DNA of 64,000 bases, taken from a virus (Duplodnaviria; Caudoviricetes). Made by a program: the position numbers and the translations under genes. The DNA lies in IMG/VR virus record IMGVR_UViG_3300021960_000017. The stretch is one strand, 5' to 3'. Below, in pieces: positions 9,001-18,727 of this stretch (position 1 is its first letter; every line of letters begins with the position of its first letter). A model generated the notes under the pieces. That model was not told the origin of the DNA. It was given only the letters and a program-made list of their open reading frames with translations, and searched no databases.

Positions 9001-9426
9001 ATGAATACTCTTACAACTTTTGACATCCCCACACTGAACAGAAACTTTATCGGCATTGATCGTTTGCTTGATCGTATGCTGGTTAATGGACAAACCCAAG
9101 AAGGGTATCCTCCATACAACGTGGTAAAACTTGACGACGATAACTTTGAAATTGAGCTTGCAGTAGCAGGTTTTGGCGAAAAGGATATTGAAGTCACTGT
9201 ACATAACGGAGTACTTGCTATTGAAGGCAAGACTGCTGAAGCCCAAACAGAACGTACATTCCTCCACAAGGGAATCAGCAGCCGTAAATTCCGTCGTACA
9301 TTTAACCTTGCAGATCATGTAGAGGTTAAAGATGCAAAGGTACGTGATGGCATTCTTAGTATTGCACTAGAACGCCAAGTACCTGAAGAATTAAAACCAC
9401 GCAAAATTTCAGTAAATTTCGTGTAA
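9001..9426 (+). CDS. ibpA: small heat-shock protein Hsp20 (IbpA-like)
   Basis: YPPYNVVK, IELAVAGF, FLHKGISSRKFRRTF, DGILSIALER..PEELKPRKI; strong AAGGAGA RBS. Confidence 0.95.
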   Translation: MNTLTTFDIPTLNRNFIGIDRLLDRMLVNGQTQEGYPPYNVVKLDDDNFEIELAVAGFGEKDIEVTVHNGVLAIEGKTAEAQTERTFLHKGISSRKFRRTFNLADHVEVKDAKVRDGILSIALERQVPEELKPRKISVNFV

Positions 9427-9432
9427 ATATAT

Positions 9433-9463
9433 GTGCGGGGAGAGCAATCTCCCCGCATACTTT
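9433..9463 (+). terminator. intrinsic terminator-like hairpin
   Basis: TGCGGGGAGA-GCAA-TCTCCCCGCA, short T tail. Confidence 0.7.
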
Positions 9464-9474
9464 CGGAGTTTTAT

Positions 9475-9780
9475 ATGTCTGAAAAAACAAACACAAAAAT
9501 TAAGGTTCGTCCTATAATTGAAAAGGAACCGCCTAAAGATTACAAGGTTATTTTTGTAAATGATCAAGTAACTACATTTGAGTTTGTTTGCGATAGTCTA
9601 GTGACTGTTTTTGATTATGATGAGTCAAAAGCACAAAAGAAAACACAAGAAATCCATGCCCAGGGTGCAGGCGTAGTTGCTGTACTTCCTTTTGAAATTG
9701 CAGAACAAAAAGGTGTGGAAGTTTTAGTACAAGCCCGTAATCAGGGCTATCCCTTAGAAGTTAAATTAGAACAAGAATAA
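9475..9780 (+). CDS. clpS: ATP-dependent Clp protease adaptor ClpS
   Basis: YKVIFVNDQVTTFEFV, EIHAQGAGVV, EIAEQK, YPLEVKLE. Confidence 0.93.
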   Translation: MSEKTNTKIKVRPIIEKEPPKDYKVIFVNDQVTTFEFVCDSLVTVFDYDESKAQKKTQEIHAQGAGVVAVLPFEIAEQKGVEVLVQARNQGYPLEVKLEQE

Positions 9781-9816
9781 TTTGCTTTTTTATTAACATT
9801 AGCATATAATAAGAAT

Positions 9817-10887
9817 ATGAGAATAGAACATGATTTAAAACTGGATTATTCTGGCGTGCTGCTGCGACCCAAGCGTAGTACATTGGATAGTCGCAAGAAT
9901 GTAGGGCTCAGCAGAGAGTATACATTTATTAACAGTCATCAAAGTTACAAAGGCATTCCCGTAATTGCTGCTAACATGGATGGCGTTGGTACCTGGGACA
10001 TGCATGACGTCCTGGGTAAACAAGGTATGCTCACTGCTATTGTTAAGCACTACAATATTGCAAGTCAGGTAGAAAAATTTAATAAACCAGGTAGCGAATT
10101 TGCTGTATATAGTATGGGCATTACAGATGATGACCTTGCTAAGTTTAGGGCAGTGAATGTAGGTGCACCAGTAAAATGGGTGTGTATAGATGTTGCTAAC
10201 GGTTACAGCGAGCGTTTTATAGACTTTGTAGCAAGGTTTAGAGATGAGTTCCCTGATAAAATTATCATGGCTGGTAATGTAGTTACTGGCGATATAACAG
10301 AGGAGTTAATACTAAAAGGTGCGGACATTGTTAAAGTTGGTATTGGTCCCGGTAGTGTATGTACTACTCGTATCCAAACTGGTGTTGGTTATCCTCAATT
10401 GTCTGCTGTTATTGAATGCTCAGACGCCGCTCATGGGCTGGGTGGTCATATTATTGCTGACGGTGGGTGCACTTGTCCTGGCGACGTTGCTAAGGCGTTT
10501 GCTGGTGGCGCTGACTTTGTAATGCTTGGCGGCATGCTTGCTGGGCACGACGAAGGTGGCGGTGATGTAATTAGTAAAATGTATATTACTGATGAAGTTG
10601 ACAGTGATGGCAATCGTGTCCTAGAAGAGCGTCAGTTTGTTGAGTTTTATGGTATGAGTTCTCAAGCAGCAAACGACAAGCACAATGGTGGACTTAAAGA
10701 ATATCGCAGTAGTGAAGGCAGAGAAGTTCTTATACCCTACAAGGGTGCAGTAGAAGATACGCTGCGAGACTTGCTAGGCGGTGTAAGAAGTGCCTGCACA
10801 TATGTTGGCGCAAGACGATTGAAAGATTTAACTAAGTGTGCTACATTTGTAAAATGTACTGACACACATAATAGGATTTATGAATGA
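9817..10887 (+). CDS. guaC: GMP reductase
   Basis: [43 protein letters not shown]. Confidence 0.95.
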   Translation: MRIEHDLKLDYSGVLLRPKRSTLDSRKNVGLSREYTFINSHQSYKGIPVIAANMDGVGTWDMHDVLGKQGMLTAIVKHYNIASQVEKFNKPGSEFAVYSMGITDDDLAKFRAVNVGAPVKWVCIDVANGYSERFIDFVARFRDEFPDKIIMAGNVVTGDITEELILKGADIVKVGIGPGSVCTTRIQTGVGYPQLSAVIECSDAAHGLGGHIIADGGCTCPGDVAKAFAGGADFVMLGGMLAGHDEGGGDVISKMYITDEVDSDGNRVLEERQFVEFYGMSSQAANDKHNGGLKEYRSSEGREVLIPYKGAVEDTLRDLLGGVRSACTYVGARRLKDLTKCATFVKCTDTHNRIYE

Positions 10888-11210
10888 AATTACATGTAGA
10901 TGACATTGGTGGAGATATTGTAAAAGATACTGATGTTTATCTATTGAAAGATAATACTACGCTCAAAAATCTAGTGCTCAGTTCTACTAGGCTAAAACCT
11001 AATAAAAGCACTCGTGGGCATAAACACGATGGTTGTGAAGAAGTGTACTACTTTATTAACGGGTCAGGCACAATGGAACTGGATGAAAAAATTATTATGG
11101 TAGATCCAGGAGATGTTGTACTAGTTGAGGACGGTGTATTTCATCGTGTCCATGCTAGTCAAGCAGGGTGCTATTTTATTTGTATATTCAATGAAAAAAG
11201 AAGTCATTAA
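10884..11210 (+). CDS. cupin-domain protein
   Basis: GHKH...[11 protein letters not shown] and GVFHRV cupin motifs. Confidence 0.85.
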   Translation: MKLHVDDIGGDIVKDTDVYLLKDNTTLKNLVLSSTRLKPNKSTRGHKHDGCEEVYYFINGSGTMELDEKIIMVDPGDVVLVEDGVFHRVHASQAGCYFICIFNEKRSH

Positions 11211-11221
11211 GGAGAAATATT

Positions 11222-11581
11222 ATGGCTTATTGGGGTTACCATGCAATGTACGATTGTGCATCTTGCGACGTTAGTACATTTAGTAGAGCAAACATTTATA
11301 ACTTTATTAAAGAATTGGTTGATGCAATTGATATGGTTGCATATGGTGAACCAATGATTGAACATTTTGCTACACATGCCCCTGATAAGGCAGGATTTAG
11401 TTTTTGTCAGATGATTGAAACTAGTAACATTTCCGGACACATGGTTGATATTAACGGTGATGCTTACTTTGACATTTTTAGTTGTAAACCCTACAGTATT
11501 GATACTGCACAAGAAGTTATTGAAAAATATTTCCAACCAGGCAAAGTGCGTGTAAATTATATTACACGCCAAGCTGGCTAG
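11222..11581 (+). CDS. S-adenosylmethionine decarboxylase-like pyruvoyl proenzyme (divergent, IETSNI)
   Basis: QMIETSNISGH and FDIFSCK motifs of the SpeD-like fold. Confidence 0.75.
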   Translation: MAYWGYHAMYDCASCDVSTFSRANIYNFIKELVDAIDMVAYGEPMIEHFATHAPDKAGFSFCQMIETSNISGHMVDINGDAYFDIFSCKPYSIDTAQEVIEKYFQPGKVRVNYITRQAG

Positions 11582-11594
11582 GGGAGTAGAGCAA

Positions 11595-11960
11595 ATGTTG
11601 AGATCTGTAGAATATTGCGGTAGACATTTGCTTTTAGAAATTTGGACAGTAAAAGACTCGGAAAAACTAAAAAACATAGAAGAAATTTCTACAGTTATGA
11701 AGAGTGCAGCCAATATGGCAGGAGCCACAGTATTAGGTGACAACTGGCATAATTTTGGTGTAGGTTGTGGTATAACAGGTGTAGTGATGCTTAGTGAAAG
11801 TCATATGAGCATACACACCTGGCCCGAGCATGGTTATGCTGCTATTGACATATTCATGTGCGGCAATTGCAATCCACGAGATACTGTAGAATCTTTAGTT
11901 CAATATTTCGAGCCAATTGATTACACTGACAATCATTTGGTTAGAGGAATAATAGAATAA
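11595..11960 (+). CDS. speD: S-adenosylmethionine decarboxylase proenzyme
   Basis: GRHLL, LSESHMSIHTWPEHGYAAIDIFMCG. Confidence 0.92.
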   Translation: MLRSVEYCGRHLLLEIWTVKDSEKLKNIEEISTVMKSAANMAGATVLGDNWHNFGVGCGITGVVMLSESHMSIHTWPEHGYAAIDIFMCGNCNPRDTVESLVQYFEPIDYTDNHLVRGIIE

Positions 11961-11975
11961 CCTGAGGAATGTAAA

Positions 11976-12389
11976 ATGGCTATTTGGAATGTAGAAACAG
12001 CAAACAAAAAGGCCGTAGAAGAACATGAACTATGGCAAAAAGACGACATGGTTATCCGTCGCATTACTGGCTGGCGTTGGGGTGCATGGACTGTAACCAC
12101 TGAGGACGATGAACCTCCTGAGTTTGTTATGGACAGCGGCCCAAGTGGTGACGCTTGTAACATTAATGAAGACTGGCCAGACAATGTAGAAAGTGTTGAA
12201 CTAGATACACTAGACGATGGTGTATACGATGATATAATCTTCCCAGACGACATGAGCGAAGATGAACAAGTACGTCTAGAGCAACTATGGGAAGACGATC
12301 CTTACAATGGTTGGGAAGAAGACGGTTGGTATCATTATGATACTGAGTGCTGGGTTTGGGGTGAACTAGACATTGACCGTGTGGAATGA
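11976..12389 (+). CDS. acidic hypothetical protein
   Basis: 137 aa ORF with GAGGA RBS. Confidence 0.75.
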   Translation: MAIWNVETANKKAVEEHELWQKDDMVIRRITGWRWGAWTVTTEDDEPPEFVMDSGPSGDACNINEDWPDNVESVELDTLDDGVYDDIIFPDDMSEDEQVRLEQLWEDDPYNGWEEDGWYHYDTECWVWGELDIDRVE

Positions 12390-13038
12390 AGAAATTAATC
12401 TTGAAGCGGATTTTCTAGCCTGCTCTTGGTATTTGTACCGAACACAGAGTAATAATACGCTAAGGTCGGTTAAAAAATCTAGACTAAAACCGGAAGATTA
12501 TGATTACGCTAAAAAAATTAGGGCACACTTTTTAGGGAAACTAATGCTACTACAATTGGGTGGCAAACACATTACTCCCTATAGATCAGAACTCCTCAAG
12601 GTGTTGTCTCAAGAAAATACTACTACATACATGCAAGAACATGCAGGGATGTTGATGACACTTCCAAGATTGTATGTAGAAGATATGTTTTTAGACGATC
12701 TTAAAGAGAAGTATGATAACACTTCCTGGAGAATGACAGAAGTTCATAATGAAAATGTAGAACGCACACTGACTTATATAGGAAACCATCCTAAAAAAAG
12801 TTTTAGATATGGGTACCGCAAAACTAGTAACGACATGTTTACATGTAACTGGTTTCATGATGACAATGATAGATTATATTTAATAGAAACAGATGATGAT
12901 TGTCCTTATCGCTTTTTCTTTAAAAAACTAATAAACAAACCTTTTCGTATAGTGGGTAAGCCTATAAAACATCATAGTAGAGATGATTTAAGATACTATC
13001 AACTACACGATTACTATTTTGTACCTAACGCAGATTAA
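12373..13038 (+). CDS. hypothetical protein
   Basis: 221 aa ORF; exact start uncertain. Confidence 0.7.
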   Translation: MTVWNEEINLEADFLACSWYLYRTQSNNTLRSVKKSRLKPEDYDYAKKIRAHFLGKLMLLQLGGKHITPYRSELLKVLSQENTTTYMQEHAGMLMTLPRLYVEDMFLDDLKEKYDNTSWRMTEVHNENVERTLTYIGNHPKKSFRYGYRKTSNDMFTCNWFHDDNDRLYLIETDDDCPYRFFFKKLINKPFRIVGKPIKHHSRDDLRYYQLHDYYFVPNAD

Positions 13039-13050
13039 ATAAATAGTTTT

Positions 13051-14454
13051 ATGTATACTAGTGATTTATTTGAAAGTGTAGGGTTTCCAAATCGTAAACA
13101 AGGCGATGAGTTTTATAATCCAAAAGATGATAACGACACCGCTACTTTTATTGAACTAATTGCATACCCTGACGGTACAACAAAGTTTGAAACTCCTGAA
13201 TTAAGAGATCAAACTCTTAAGAGTTTTTCAGATCAAGTTAAGGGTAATGTTTTTATTTTAAATAAACCCACCGCTAGTTTATTAGGTCTTTACATTGTCC
13301 ATATGGTAGACAGTAAAGGACAAGATGATTATTATGTTAAGTATGTTCGTAGCACTGCTAACCTAGCAGGTATACTAACACAGATCCCAGTAAACATAAA
13401 AGCCCCTGGTCATGGTGGATACAGATTTGGCAGCAAGAGTGCTAGAAAAGAGGCATATGCTATAAAACCAAGTAATATTTTTACTAGTGAAGGTCCATAT
13501 GAACCTGCTCAAATTCCTGGTTATATTCAAGCAGCACAGGGCATGCCAGATGATCTTAAAGCACAAATGGTAGGTTATTTAAGTGCACTTGTTAAGGGTA
13601 ACAAAGACTTCTTGATGCAGGATGGCGACAAATATAGATCTGTACATGAAAATTATACAGGTGAATTTGCTGCTCCTATTGCTATTATTACAGCACAAGT
13701 AAATGAACAAGCAATCAGACAAAAGGCAGAACAAACACTATTGGGTGGCGAACGTTTTGCAAATTGTAAAATAGTCTTTCCACTAAGTGCTACAGAAAAG
13801 CTAGTAGATAGCAAACTGGTTGCTCCAAATGGCCGTACAGTTAGAGTGAGCAGTAAAGCTGAAAGTGGTGGTGGTGCTGCCGCTAGTATGGAAGGCTTAA
13901 TGGATACTATTAACCTAAAACGTAATGATCCCGATTTTAAGCCTGTTATAGATCAGTTTGGTCCTGAATTGCGTATGATGGAAACTGTTGTAAAAAACAA
14001 TGCAGTAGATGGCTTCCTAATACTTGCAAGAGAACAAAAACTTATAGACCAGCAGGACGAGCAAGCAATTAGGGCTGGTATTGCTAGAGCAAAAGAAGGC
14101 CAAAAGAGCACACTAGAGCAACTTACTAGTAGACTACAAAACTATGTAGGCAATTATGGTGCAGATACAGACAATCCAAGATACAATGTTGTGTATCATG
14201 CAACAGCAGCACTAAGCAGAGTACTAGGTGCTAAACTTGGTGAAATGAATGTAACTGGTGCCGTTAAAGCGATACTTAATTATAGTTCATTTGTACAAAT
14301 TTATGCAGGCACACAAAAACTAGGCAATGATATAAAAATGAATAGTTTTAAAATGGTGTGGCCTCCAGAGTATGATGGTACTGTATATATTGACACTGCT
14401 AAGAACTTTACTGGTACAGAGATACGCGGCAAAATAAGTTTCAAATTTAAATGA
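13051..14454 (+). CDS. hypothetical protein (late)
   Basis: 467 aa ORF after TAAATAAATA. Confidence 0.8.
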   Translation: MYTSDLFESVGFPNRKQGDEFYNPKDDNDTATFIELIAYPDGTTKFETPELRDQTLKSFSDQVKGNVFILNKPTASLLGLYIVHMVDSKGQDDYYVKYVRSTANLAGILTQIPVNIKAPGHGGYRFGSKSARKEAYAIKPSNIFTSEGPYEPAQIPGYIQAAQGMPDDLKAQMVGYLSALVKGNKDFLMQDGDKYRSVHENYTGEFAAPIAIITAQVNEQAIRQKAEQTLLGGERFANCKIVFPLSATEKLVDSKLVAPNGRTVRVSSKAESGGGAAASMEGLMDTINLKRNDPDFKPVIDQFGPELRMMETVVKNNAVDGFLILAREQKLIDQQDEQAIRAGIARAKEGQKSTLEQLTSRLQNYVGNYGADTDNPRYNVVYHATAALSRVLGAKLGEMNVTGAVKAILNYSSFVQIYAGTQKLGNDIKMNSFKMVWPPEYDGTVYIDTAKNFTGTEIRGKISFKFK

Positions 14455-14774
14455 TAGAATATGCACTAGCATTAAGTTTCCACCTTGGGCTTAAAAATGA
14501 TTACAATAGTGTACACCCACATATAAGATATACTGACAAAGGTTTTATTGCTGGCGTTTACTACAATTCAGAAGACAATATAAGTTTTTATGCTGGAAAA
14601 CGCTGGGAGCATGGAGGCGTTGGATTTGAGGCAGGTGCTGTAACAGGATATTCCGGAGCGCCAGTAGTTCCTTATGGTCGTGTAACATACAATAATTTTT
14701 TTGCAGCACCAGCAATAGAAAAAACTGACACAGTTAGAGTAGGCGTAGTTTTAGGTTACGAAATTAAATTTTAA
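14451..14774 (+). CDS. small beta-strand-rich protein, outer-membrane-like
   Basis: Alternating aromatic/Gly strands, C-terminal YEIKF. Confidence 0.55.
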   Translation: MIEYALALSFHLGLKNDYNSVHPHIRYTDKGFIAGVYYNSEDNISFYAGKRWEHGGVGFEAGAVTGYSGAPVVPYGRVTYNNFFAAPAIEKTDTVRVGVVLGYEIKF

Positions 14775-14981
14775 GATGCGCTAATTTTGCATATCAGACA
14801 TTATTGCGGCGCAACATTTTTCCTATTGATCTCCATATAAATAATATTGTACAATTAGAGTATAGCATATCCCATGCTTTACAAGAGATGCACTAGTACA
14901 GGCATCGTGGTAGCGCCGGGAGAGACCGGGGTCGTAATTCCTACATTACACATACATATACACTTATAAGGAGATGAAGCA

Positions 14982-15188
14982 ATGACTTCACTAGCAATGA
15001 CGGCTGACCATAGCCTACACTTTGTTGCAGAGTGGTTTAAAAGACTTAATGCAACTCTCACTCACAGAGCACAGATAAAAAGAACAATGACAGAGCTCAA
15101 CAAACTTAGCGACCGCGAGCTTCAGGACATTGGCATACATCGCACACAGATTACTAGCATCGCAATGGGAGTACACAGAAATGACTAA
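14982..15188 (+). CDS. DUF1127 (YjiS-like) small protein
   Basis: RAQIKRTMTELNKLSDRELQDIGIHRTQI signature; AAGGAGA RBS. Confidence 0.9.
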   Translation: MTSLAMTADHSLHFVAEWFKRLNATLTHRAQIKRTMTELNKLSDRELQDIGIHRTQITSIAMGVHRND

Positions 15189-15276
15189 AATTTTTGCTCC
15201 AATTCTAACAGCACTAGTTATTATTAGCGTAATGGGTGTAACATTTGTTGCACCAAATTTAAAATATTTCATTTAA
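15181..15276 (+). CDS. 31-aa hydrophobic small protein
   Basis: MTKIFAPILTALVIISVMGVTFVAPNLKYFI; GGAG RBS; overlaps the DUF1127 stop. Confidence 0.5.
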   Translation: MTKIFAPILTALVIISVMGVTFVAPNLKYFI

Positions 15277-15287
15277 GGAGTGGGACT

Positions 15288-15392
15288 ATGACATTCTGGA
15301 ACAGAGTTATAAAGTTCTTTGAACAGATTGCAAAGCACAGAGTTGAGCGTGAATTGGCCATGCACAACATGACTTTTAAATTAGACAAGTAA
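15288..15392 (+). CDS. 34-aa small protein
   Basis: AAGGAG RBS; MTFWNRVIKFFEQIAKHRVERELAMHNMTFKLDK. Confidence 0.55.
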   Translation: MTFWNRVIKFFEQIAKHRVERELAMHNMTFKLDK

Positions 15393-15420
15393 ACAAAAAT
15401 TTAATAAAATAAATATTACT

Positions 15421-15600
15421 ATGCAAACTTTTCTTAAAAGCCTAAATAAAATTTTAACATGTTTTTTAAATAGTATAGCCGGTCATAATAAAGGTCTACA
15501 TGAATATTATATAAAAGAATATGGAAAAATAGAAGGCGAAAAACTCTACAGAGAATATCTAGTAGATTACAATAATGTGCAGAGTTTAAAAAGGTTTTAA
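15421..15600 (+). CDS. 59-aa small protein
   Basis: Open frame after AAATA-like motifs, ending before a terminator. Confidence 0.45.
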   Translation: MQTFLKSLNKILTCFLNSIAGHNKGLHEYYIKEYGKIEGEKLYREYLVDYNNVQSLKRF

Positions 15601-15623
15601 GCCTAGTAAAAAACTAAAAACTC

Positions 15624-15653
15624 AAACCGCCACTGCAAAGTGGCGGTTTTTTT
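15624..15653 (+). terminator. intrinsic terminator
   Basis: AAACCGCCACT-GCAA-AGTGGCGGTTT plus T run. Confidence 0.9.
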
Positions 15654-15654
15654 A

Positions 15655-15662
15655 TATAAATA
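15655..15662 (+). promoter_or_regulatory. T4-like late promoter of the curli-like operon
   Basis: Exact TATAAATA 19 nt before the csgF ATG. Confidence 0.75.
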
Positions 15663-15681
15663 GCCTTGGAGGAGTACGGAT

Positions 15682-16128
15682 ATGAAAACTGTCATAGTTA
15701 CAGTTGTTTTCAGTTATGTACTGTTGACTCAGGCATTTGCAAGTGAGTTAAGGCAGACTTGGAAAAGCCCTGCATTTAGTGGACAAGGCTATAGCAGTCA
15801 TGTATTGACCATTGAAAATCTAACACATCAACGCAAAGCAGAAATTAAATCAAAAGAAGAAGCCGCAGCAAGAGAAGCGGAACGAGACGCTGAAAATACA
15901 AACATTAATAAGTTCCTAAGAAACTTTGAAAGCCGAGTATATGCTGAATTGAGTAAACAGTTAAGTGAAAAACTGTTTGGAGAAGCAGCACAAGACAGTG
16001 GCACAATTGATATTATGGGAAATACTATTGAGTATAGTAGTGATGGAACAGCCGTGACAATGATTGTTACTGATGCTGATGGAACCACTACTACTCTTGT
16101 AGTACCACTATCAGGATTTGGATTCTGA
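15682..16128 (+). CDS. csgF: curli assembly protein CsgF-like
   Basis: Signal peptide; KSPAFSGQGYSSHVLTIEN; FLRNFESRVYAELSKQL; adjacent to csgG. Confidence 0.85.
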   Translation: MKTVIVTVVFSYVLLTQAFASELRQTWKSPAFSGQGYSSHVLTIENLTHQRKAEIKSKEEAAAREAERDAENTNINKFLRNFESRVYAELSKQLSEKLFGEAAQDSGTIDIMGNTIEYSSDGTAVTMIVTDADGTTTTLVVPLSGFGF

Positions 16129-16970
16129 TGTTAAGACTTGCTGCAATATGTTTACTAGCCTTGGGCTTGAGTGGGTGTATGATGGGCCACGAAGTTGCAA
16201 AAACTATGGAGCCCAGTGTGGCAGTAACTCCAATGCAACCTGGATTAAGAGACTTTCCCAAAATATCCAATGGCAAGCCAGTAACAGTTGCAGTTTATAA
16301 TTTTCTTGATAAAACAGGACAACGCAAGCCTGCAGATAACATAGCAAACATTAGCACTGCTGTTACCCAGGGTGCAGAGATATATTTAATTAAAGCATTA
16401 GACGATATTGCTGACGGAAACTTCTTTGATGTAGTCGAACGCAACGGAATGGAATCACTTATAAAAGAACGACAAATTATTCGCCAGGCACGAGAAAAGT
16501 ATGATCCCAATAAAGACCTGGCACCATTAAAATTTGCAGGTGTTATTATTGAAGGTGGTATTGTTGGATACGATTCCAACAAACATACAGGCGGCGCCGG
16601 CGCAAGAATAATGGGCATCGGACCACAAACAGAGTGGCGTGTTGATATTGTTACGGTAGGTATTAGAGCAGTAAGCGTTTTAACAGGCGAAGTTATATTA
16701 GCAGTTAGTGCGGAGAAGACAATACTAAGTACCAACACCGCTATTAATGTATTCAGATTTTATGATTTAGGCACAAAAGTTTTAGAAATTGAAGCTGGCA
16801 CTAGTACAAATGAGCCAGTCAATTATGCGGTACGGCAAGCAATAGAGTTCGCCGTGGTGCAGATGGTAGAAGAGGGAAAGAGAAAAGGATACTGGAATTA
16901 TGATAGCACAAAAATTCCAGAAAAATTTATAAAGAAGGAGTCTACACTCGATTTAAGAGACGTCAAGTAA
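16128..16970 (+). CDS. csgG: curli secretion channel CsgG-like lipoprotein
   Basis: Lipobox LSGC; VAVYNFLDKTGQRK; STAVTQGA; FDVVERNG; EGGIVGYDSN; NEPVNYAVRQAIE. Confidence 0.93.
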   Translation: MLRLAAICLLALGLSGCMMGHEVAKTMEPSVAVTPMQPGLRDFPKISNGKPVTVAVYNFLDKTGQRKPADNIANISTAVTQGAEIYLIKALDDIADGNFFDVVERNGMESLIKERQIIRQAREKYDPNKDLAPLKFAGVIIEGGIVGYDSNKHTGGAGARIMGIGPQTEWRVDIVTVGIRAVSVLTGEVILAVSAEKTILSTNTAINVFRFYDLGTKVLEIEAGTSTNEPVNYAVRQAIEFAVVQMVEEGKRKGYWNYDSTKIPEKFIKKESTLDLRDVK

Positions 16971-16995
16971 CCGAGAGTACTTTAGGAGGATTACT

Positions 16996-17697
16996 ATGAG
17001 AGGCATAGTAGTAGGAGGAGCAATATTGCTATTAGCAATGTCCAGTAGGGCATTTGCTGATAACTTGATCTATATAGATCAAACAGGCAGTAGTGCAACC
17101 ATAAACATTAACCAGGACGGTACAGGTAACCGTGTTGGTGCAAGTGGCGATGACAGCGTAAGTGATGGTGCAACCACCACTATGGACATCGATCAAGTTG
17201 GTACAAGCAACGTCTTGGATTATGATATCTATGGCGACACAGCCAACATTACTTCCAATATAACTGGTAACTCATCAGACATTGATATTCAGGTTGGTAC
17301 CACAGGCGGTAGCAACGGTGGATCAGATGATGTTGACATTACAATTAATGCAAGCGGCGGTAACTCAAATACAGTTAGTGCAAATGTGGGCACATCCGCA
17401 AGTGGTGTTGATGATGTTGACATTGATGTTGATATTACTGGCGGAAGTAATAGTGTAACAATAACAGAAAACTCAACAGCAGCAAGTATTTCAGATAAAA
17501 TCACAGATGTAGATATTACTGGTAGTACAAACACTGTCACAGCAACAAAGAGCGGTGCTTCACAGCACGACACAACATTGAATATAACAGGCTCAAGTAA
17601 TACATTTAGTGTTACACAGTCTGGAGCAGAAGCGAGCACTGTAGATGTTACAACGAACGGGTCTAGTAGTAGCGTTACTATTACTGTTACAGATTAA
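16996..17697 (+). CDS. curlin-like secreted beta-solenoid protein (CsgA/B-like)
   Basis: Signal peptide; repeats IDQTGS, INQDGTGN, IDQVGTSN, ITGxSN. Confidence 0.8.
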   Translation: MRGIVVGGAILLLAMSSRAFADNLIYIDQTGSSATININQDGTGNRVGASGDDSVSDGATTTMDIDQVGTSNVLDYDIYGDTANITSNITGNSSDIDIQVGTTGGSNGGSDDVDITINASGGNSNTVSANVGTSASGVDDVDIDVDITGGSNSVTITENSTAASISDKITDVDITGSTNTVTATKSGASQHDTTLNITGSSNTFSVTQSGAEASTVDVTTNGSSSSVTITVTD

Positions 17698-18727
17698 TTT
17701 TGTAACAGAGTCACATGCAGCCGTAGGGCAAGTTGAACAGCAGTTGGGTACTGCTGAAGTGCTGCGATCTGGTGACAAAAAGACCAGCAGTGTTGGATTT
17801 GGCATAGAGATGATGGATGAAGTCAGATCCGGCAACGGTATTGTAGGTATAGGATTTGAAGATCAAACAAAAGTTCGTGTTGACAAACATTCAAAGTTAG
17901 TCATAGATGATTTTATCTATGACCCCAAGAAACCCAATGCAAGCAAACTAGGACTAAAGGTTGCGTTGGGCACTGTCCGATATGCCAGTGGACTTATTGC
18001 TAAACAGAATAGACAGTCTGTTAGCATCCGCACTCCCACCGCTTCCATTGGTGTAAGAGGAACGGCATTCAGTATGACTGTGGATGAGATAGGTCGTTCA
18101 TTAGTCATACTGTTGCCTAACCCGGACGGCACAGTAGGTGAAATTGCTGTTACAAGTGATGTAGGAACTGTCATAATGAATCAAGCATTCCAGGCTACAC
18201 TTGTTACTGCTACTGAAAAGCCACCTGCTAAACCAGTAATACTGGATCTATCAGAGGCAATGATTAATAACCTCCTAATTATCAATCGCCCTAAAAGAAT
18301 TGAAAAAGAATACTCAACAGATGAAGAAAGTAGCAATGTCCTAGATTTTAATGAACTGGACGTTGACTACCTAGCAGCAAATGAACTTGAAGAAGAGCAA
18401 TTAGAATTTACAAGACTGGACTTTAACTTGTTAGATGCTGATTTACTACAAAATATTCTGGACATTGTAAACAGACGATTAGCAAGTGCAGATCGTTTTC
18501 CAACCAATCCTATATTTTCAGGACAATACGAAGGTGGTAACACACAGATATTTGGCGGCGAGAATGAAGATTGGGAAATATACAGACAAGTTGATGGACG
18601 CATAGTTAGTATTAAAACGCCAAGCACACAGGATACTCAGATAATTTTAAATCAAGCAGGTAGTGCAGTTACATTACACACAACGGAGGATGCTAGTGAT
18701 TCGGTTATTACTATTACTCAAAATTAG
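17645..18727 (+). CDS. secreted FecR-domain protein
   Basis: Signal peptide; IRTPTASIGVRGTAF FecR signature; acidic linker. Confidence 0.88.
   Translation: MLQRTGLVVALLLLLQINFVTESHAAVGQVEQQLGTAEVLRSGDKKTSSVGFGIEMMDEVRSGNGIVGIGFEDQTKVRVDKHSKLVIDDFIYDPKKPNASKLGLKVALGTVRYASGLIAKQNRQSVSIRTPTASIGVRGTAFSMTVDEIGRSLVILLPNPDGTVGEIAVTSDVGTVIMNQAFQATLVTATEKPPAKPVILDLSEAMINNLLIINRPKRIEKEYSTDEESSNVLDFNELDVDYLAANELEEEQLEFTRLDFNLLDADLLQNILDIVNRRLASADRFPTNPIFSGQYEGGNTQIFGGENEDWEIYRQVDGRIVSIKTPSTQDTQIILNQAGSAVTLHTTEDASDSVITITQN

Noticed and set aside
11581-11594. GGGGAGTAG as a yybP-ykoY riboswitch start
   Set aside because: It is only 13 nt between two genes and serves as the speD RBS; there is no room for the aptamer
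14780-15620. Cuckoo/CcsR-type CCUCCUCCC sRNAs near the DUF1127 gene
   Set aside because: No CCTCCTCCC-loop hairpins seen on either strand
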